A DNA stretch of 64,000 nucleotides from an uncultured delta proteobacterium (lineage in GTDB: Bacteria > Myxococcota_A > Polyangia > Polyangiales > Polyangiaceae), in NCBI GenBank assembly GCA_963850305.1, contig CAWKKR010000008.1, forward strand, positions 160,001-224,000. Direction: 5' to 3'. Each line of letters opens with the position of its first letter. Position 1 is the stretch's first letter. This document shows, one piece after another, positions 61,085-64,000 of the stretch. The position numbers and the translations under genes were made by a program. The notes below the pieces were generated by a model. It saw only the letters and a list, made by a program, of their open reading frames with translations, had not been told where the DNA came from and did no database searches.

Positions 61085-62038
61085 TTACCCGGCAAAACTG
61101 TCAACGGGACTCGCCTTTTTGGGGGGGACCGTCGTCTTCGGGACCGCGCGCCAGAGCGATTCCGAACCCGCGACGGCTGCCGCAAGGTCGTCGCGGATCC
61201 GCCCCGTTTCCAGGGTTCCAGTCGCCGCCGAGGCGATCACGCACGCGGCCCGCGCGACCCGGCGCGCCCGCACGTGGTTCGCCGCCCGCGTCCCGAGCGA
61301 GAGCGACGGATCCGTCGGCGCCAGGACTTCGGTCGCGCGCTGCGCGGCCACCTTCGCGGAGTCGGCACAGCGTGTCACAAGGGCCTTGACTTCCAACGCG
61401 GGACCGAGACGCTCCGCTGTGCTCCCCGCCGCGATCCTGGCCGGCTCCGCGGGGGACTGCGGCGCGGCGAGCCAGGCGTCTCCACTTTCGGCGTGGACCG
61501 CCAGCCGGCGGGCGGTCACGCTCACGTCCAGTCGCGCGTCGCCGTACCAGACGGCTCCGAGCGGCGTGCCGAGCAGGACCTCTGCTCCAGGTCGCGCGCC
61601 GGCCGAGGTCGTCGTCGAGACGTGGCCTTCGGTCAGCAGAAATCGTTCCTCACCGCGATCACAGGGGAGCACGCGCGCAGGGCCGGCGAACGTAACCTCG
61701 CGGGAAGTTACCACGTGTTCCACGACGAGCTCGGCCGACGGTGCGATCTGGAGCCAGACTGGATGGTCGAGGACGTCGCCTGTCGCTAGCGTCGTGCCGT
61801 CGGGTCGCGTCACCCTGCCTTTCACGGAAAGCGCGCGACACGCCTTCGCCGCGACGTAGGGCGTGGCCCCGACGGAGGCGGCGGGGAGGGCCGCAGCGGC
61901 GGACCGCGCCGACGGCGGGGCCGACGCGGATGGTCGCGCCGATGCCGCGCCGGACCTCGTGGGAGCGCTCTGTTGACGTCCGCAGCAGGTGGCGACGAGG
62001 GTGACCAGGATCGGCCAGGCTCGCGCGAGTCGGTTCAC
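61085..62038 (-). CDS. Hypothetical lipoprotein with FecR-like beta domain
   Basis: GTG at 62038 coupled to the upstream stop; LVATC-C; VKGRV...LATGD...LTEGHV...TPLGAV...SGDAW pattern. Confidence 0.6.
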   Translation of the reverse strand: MNRLARAWPILVTLVATCCGRQQSAPTRSGAASARPSASAPPSARSAAAALPAASVGATPYVAAKACRALSVKGRVTRPDGTTLATGDVLDHPVWLQIAPSAELVVEHVVTSREVTFAGPARVLPCDRGEERFLLTEGHVSTTTSAGARPGAEVLLGTPLGAVWYGDARLDVSVTARRLAVHAESGDAWLAAPQSPAEPARIAAGSTAERLGPALEVKALVTRCADSAKVAAQRATEVLAPTDPSLSLGTRAANHVRARRVARAACVIASAATGTLETGRIRDDLAAAVAGSESLWRAVPKTTVPPKKASPVDSFAG

Positions 62039-63419
62039 CGGGGCGACCGGATCGAGGGCGGCGCAGGCGCGGGCGCGGGCGGCAGCTTCGACGTCTGTCG
62101 ATCTTCGTCCTCTTCGGAGAAGAAGATTTCCTGGGTGACGTCCTCGGCGGCAAGCTCTTCGCGCGCTTCTCCGAGCTCGCGGCTCGTGTCCGCGAGACGG
62201 TCGGCGAGCACGCCGAGGAACTGCCACAGGAGCTTCACGGCTAGCTGGTGTTCGTTGCGGAGGATCTCGAAAAATCCGAGCGGCGAATGAGCATCAGCTC
62301 GCTCTTGCCGCTGGACTTGACCGTCGCCGAGCGCGGCTGACTCCGGATGAGCGCCATCTCGCCGAAGTGTTCGCCCGGCGACAGGCTCGTGAGCTTCGCG
62401 TCCCCGCGCATGACGTCGACCGTGCCCTCGAGCACGATGAAGAGCTCCTCGCCACGCTCGCCCTGCGTGATGACGGTCCCACCGTCCGTGTAGGTCGCGA
62501 CGTCGGTCACCTGGAGGACGCGCAAGATTTCACGGTCGTTGAGCGGGCGGAACAGCGGCATGCGCGCGAGGAGCTCGCGCTTGAGCTGCAGCTTCTTCGC
62601 GCGACCCTCATCCCGCGCGCCGGCTTCGCCCACCATGACGAGGACGGCCGTGATGTTGTCACTGCCGCCGCGCTCGTTCGCCGTGTCGATGAGCTTCTTC
62701 ACCGCGACGTTGGCGTCGGGCTCGGCAAGCCCGCTCGTGAGGCCCGGGAGATCGTCCTCGAAATACTGACTGAGCCCGTCCGAACAGAGCAGGAATCGAT
62801 CCCCGTCGGTGACGTCGACGACGAGGCTGTCGGGCTCGCAGTGCTCGTAGACGCCGACGGCCCGTGTGATGGCGTTCTTCGGCGCGAGCTTCTCGACTTG
62901 CTCGCGCGTCATCTTCTTGCGCTTGATGAGCTCGTTGTAAACGTTGTGATCTTCGGTGACCTGCTCGATCGCGCCCTCCCGCAGGTGGTACACGCGGCTG
63001 TCGCCCACATGGACGATGAACGCCTGGTTTCCCGCGAAGAGGATCCCGACGATCGTCGTGCCCATGCCGCGCTTCTTCTCGTCCTTGGCGGCCTCGGCGT
63101 GGACGCGGCTCGATGCGCGGTTGACGGCGAACTCGAGCATGTTGAGGATGTCGCGCTTGCTGACCAGATCCGCGCCCTTCTTCCCCGCCACGTAGTCGTC
63201 GAGGAGGCCCTTCTCCTTCTTGACCTCGTCATGGACGGTCCGGACGGCGAGGGCGCTCGCCACCTCCCCCGCGGCGTGACCGCCCATGCCGTCACATACG
63301 ACGAAGAGCCCCAGCTTCTTGTCGACGAGGAAATTGTCCTCGTTATGCTCCCTCTTCCGTCCGACGTCCGTCAGCGCGGCGAAGTCGATGCGAATCTGTA
63401 GCCACAACCCCCGCACCAT
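62035..63419 (-). CDS. PP2C (Stp1/IreP) phosphatase fused to a cyclic-nucleotide-binding domain, frameshifted in A5 run at 62270-62274
   Basis: TDVGRKREHNED, VCDGMGGH, GMGTT, HVGDSR, LCSDGL, DNIT; cNMP domain HFGEMAL...RSATV; C-terminus continues in 62035..62238. Confidence 0.92.
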
Positions 63420-63475
63420 AACCGAAGCGGCAACCCTTCCGCCATACGCTTACTGCGGCAGCTACTGCGGCACCC

Positions 63476-63526
63476 TCCCGTCCCCGTCCCCGTCCCCGTC
63501 CCCGTCCCCGTCCCCGTCCCCGTCCC
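63476..63526. repeat. Hexanucleotide microsatellite (TCCCCG)7 plus partial units
   Basis: Directly visible between the radC stop and the PP2C start; preceded by tactgcggca x2. Confidence 0.95.
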
Positions 63527-63560
63527 GGACCCGGAGGTGCGAGAACCGGGTCCCCCTCCT

Positions 63561-64000
63561 CTACCCGTGTCGAGCGAACCCCCCTAGCTCGCGCAGGGAC
63601 GTCGCGCCGCCGCGGGCGACGACGACGTGGTCGAGGAGTTCGATCCCGACCGCCTCGCACGCGACGGCAAGGGCGGCGGTCATGCGCGCGTCTTCCGCGC
63701 TCGGCGTCGGATCTCCGCTCGGATGATTGTGGAGCAAGATGATCGCCGCCGCGCCGTCACGCACGGCGGGACGGAGCACGTCCCTCGGCGTCAGCGCGCA
63801 ACCGTGAACTCCACCCTGCGCGACGCGCATCGCGGCGCGGAGCCCGTTTCGGCCGTCGAGAGCGAGGAGCCACACCTCCTCGTGCTCGAGCGTCGCAAGC
63901 CGCGGCCTCGCCCATGCGACGACGGAGTCGAACGACACGATCGACTCACGACGTTCTGCCAGCGAATGCTCCGCGGCGCGCCGCCCGAGCTCGAGCGCGG
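63561..64000 (-). CDS. radC: RadC (JAB domain) protein, 5' end outside window
   Basis: HEEVW, PRDVLR, LHNHPSGDPTPSAED, LLDHVVV. Confidence 0.92.
   Translation of the reverse strand, partial: ALELGRRAAEHSLAERRESIVSFDSVVAWARPRLATLEHEEVWLLALDGRNGLRAAMRVAQGGVHGCALTPRDVLRPAVRDGAAAIILLHNHPSGDPTPSAEDARMTAALAVACEAVGIELLDHVVVARGGATSLRELGGFARHG

Overview
High-GC bacterial chromosomal window whose gene content looks myxobacterial, probably Polyangiaceae-like (inference from ECF/anti-sigma module, Ser/Thr kinase, FHA, PP2C-cNMP, TonB-domain-fused TonB-dependent receptor and many Gly/Ser-linker lipoproteins). Housekeeping genes (hisG, murA, uppP, manC, M18 aminopeptidase, tRNA-Ala(CGC), dnaK, RluA-family synthase, radC) are interleaved with accessory genes. 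No CRISPR array, rRNA, integrase or transposase was seen. dnaK, manC, a TlpA reductase, an acyltransferase and the PP2C gene carry 1-2 nt frameshifts, most likely long-read assembly errors. Best leads: (1) a unit at about 9.97-11.6 kb with a perfect 16-bp hairpin, an unknown protein with a basic tail, and a 21/42-nt in-register tandem array beside a decayed toxin-antitoxin pair; (2) a small His/Cys-rich ORF ending in APKTSPPV upstream of a TonB-dependent receptor and two lipoproteins, resembling a metal-sensing ribosome-stalling leader; (3) a fungal Tos1-like GH16-type glucanase between murA and hisG; (4) an exported TldD/TldE pair; (5) an outer-membrane protein/ECF/anti-sigma triad; (6) a MauG/BthA-type diheme enzyme paired with a phosphoesterase. 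All family calls are by motif recognition; no searches were run.
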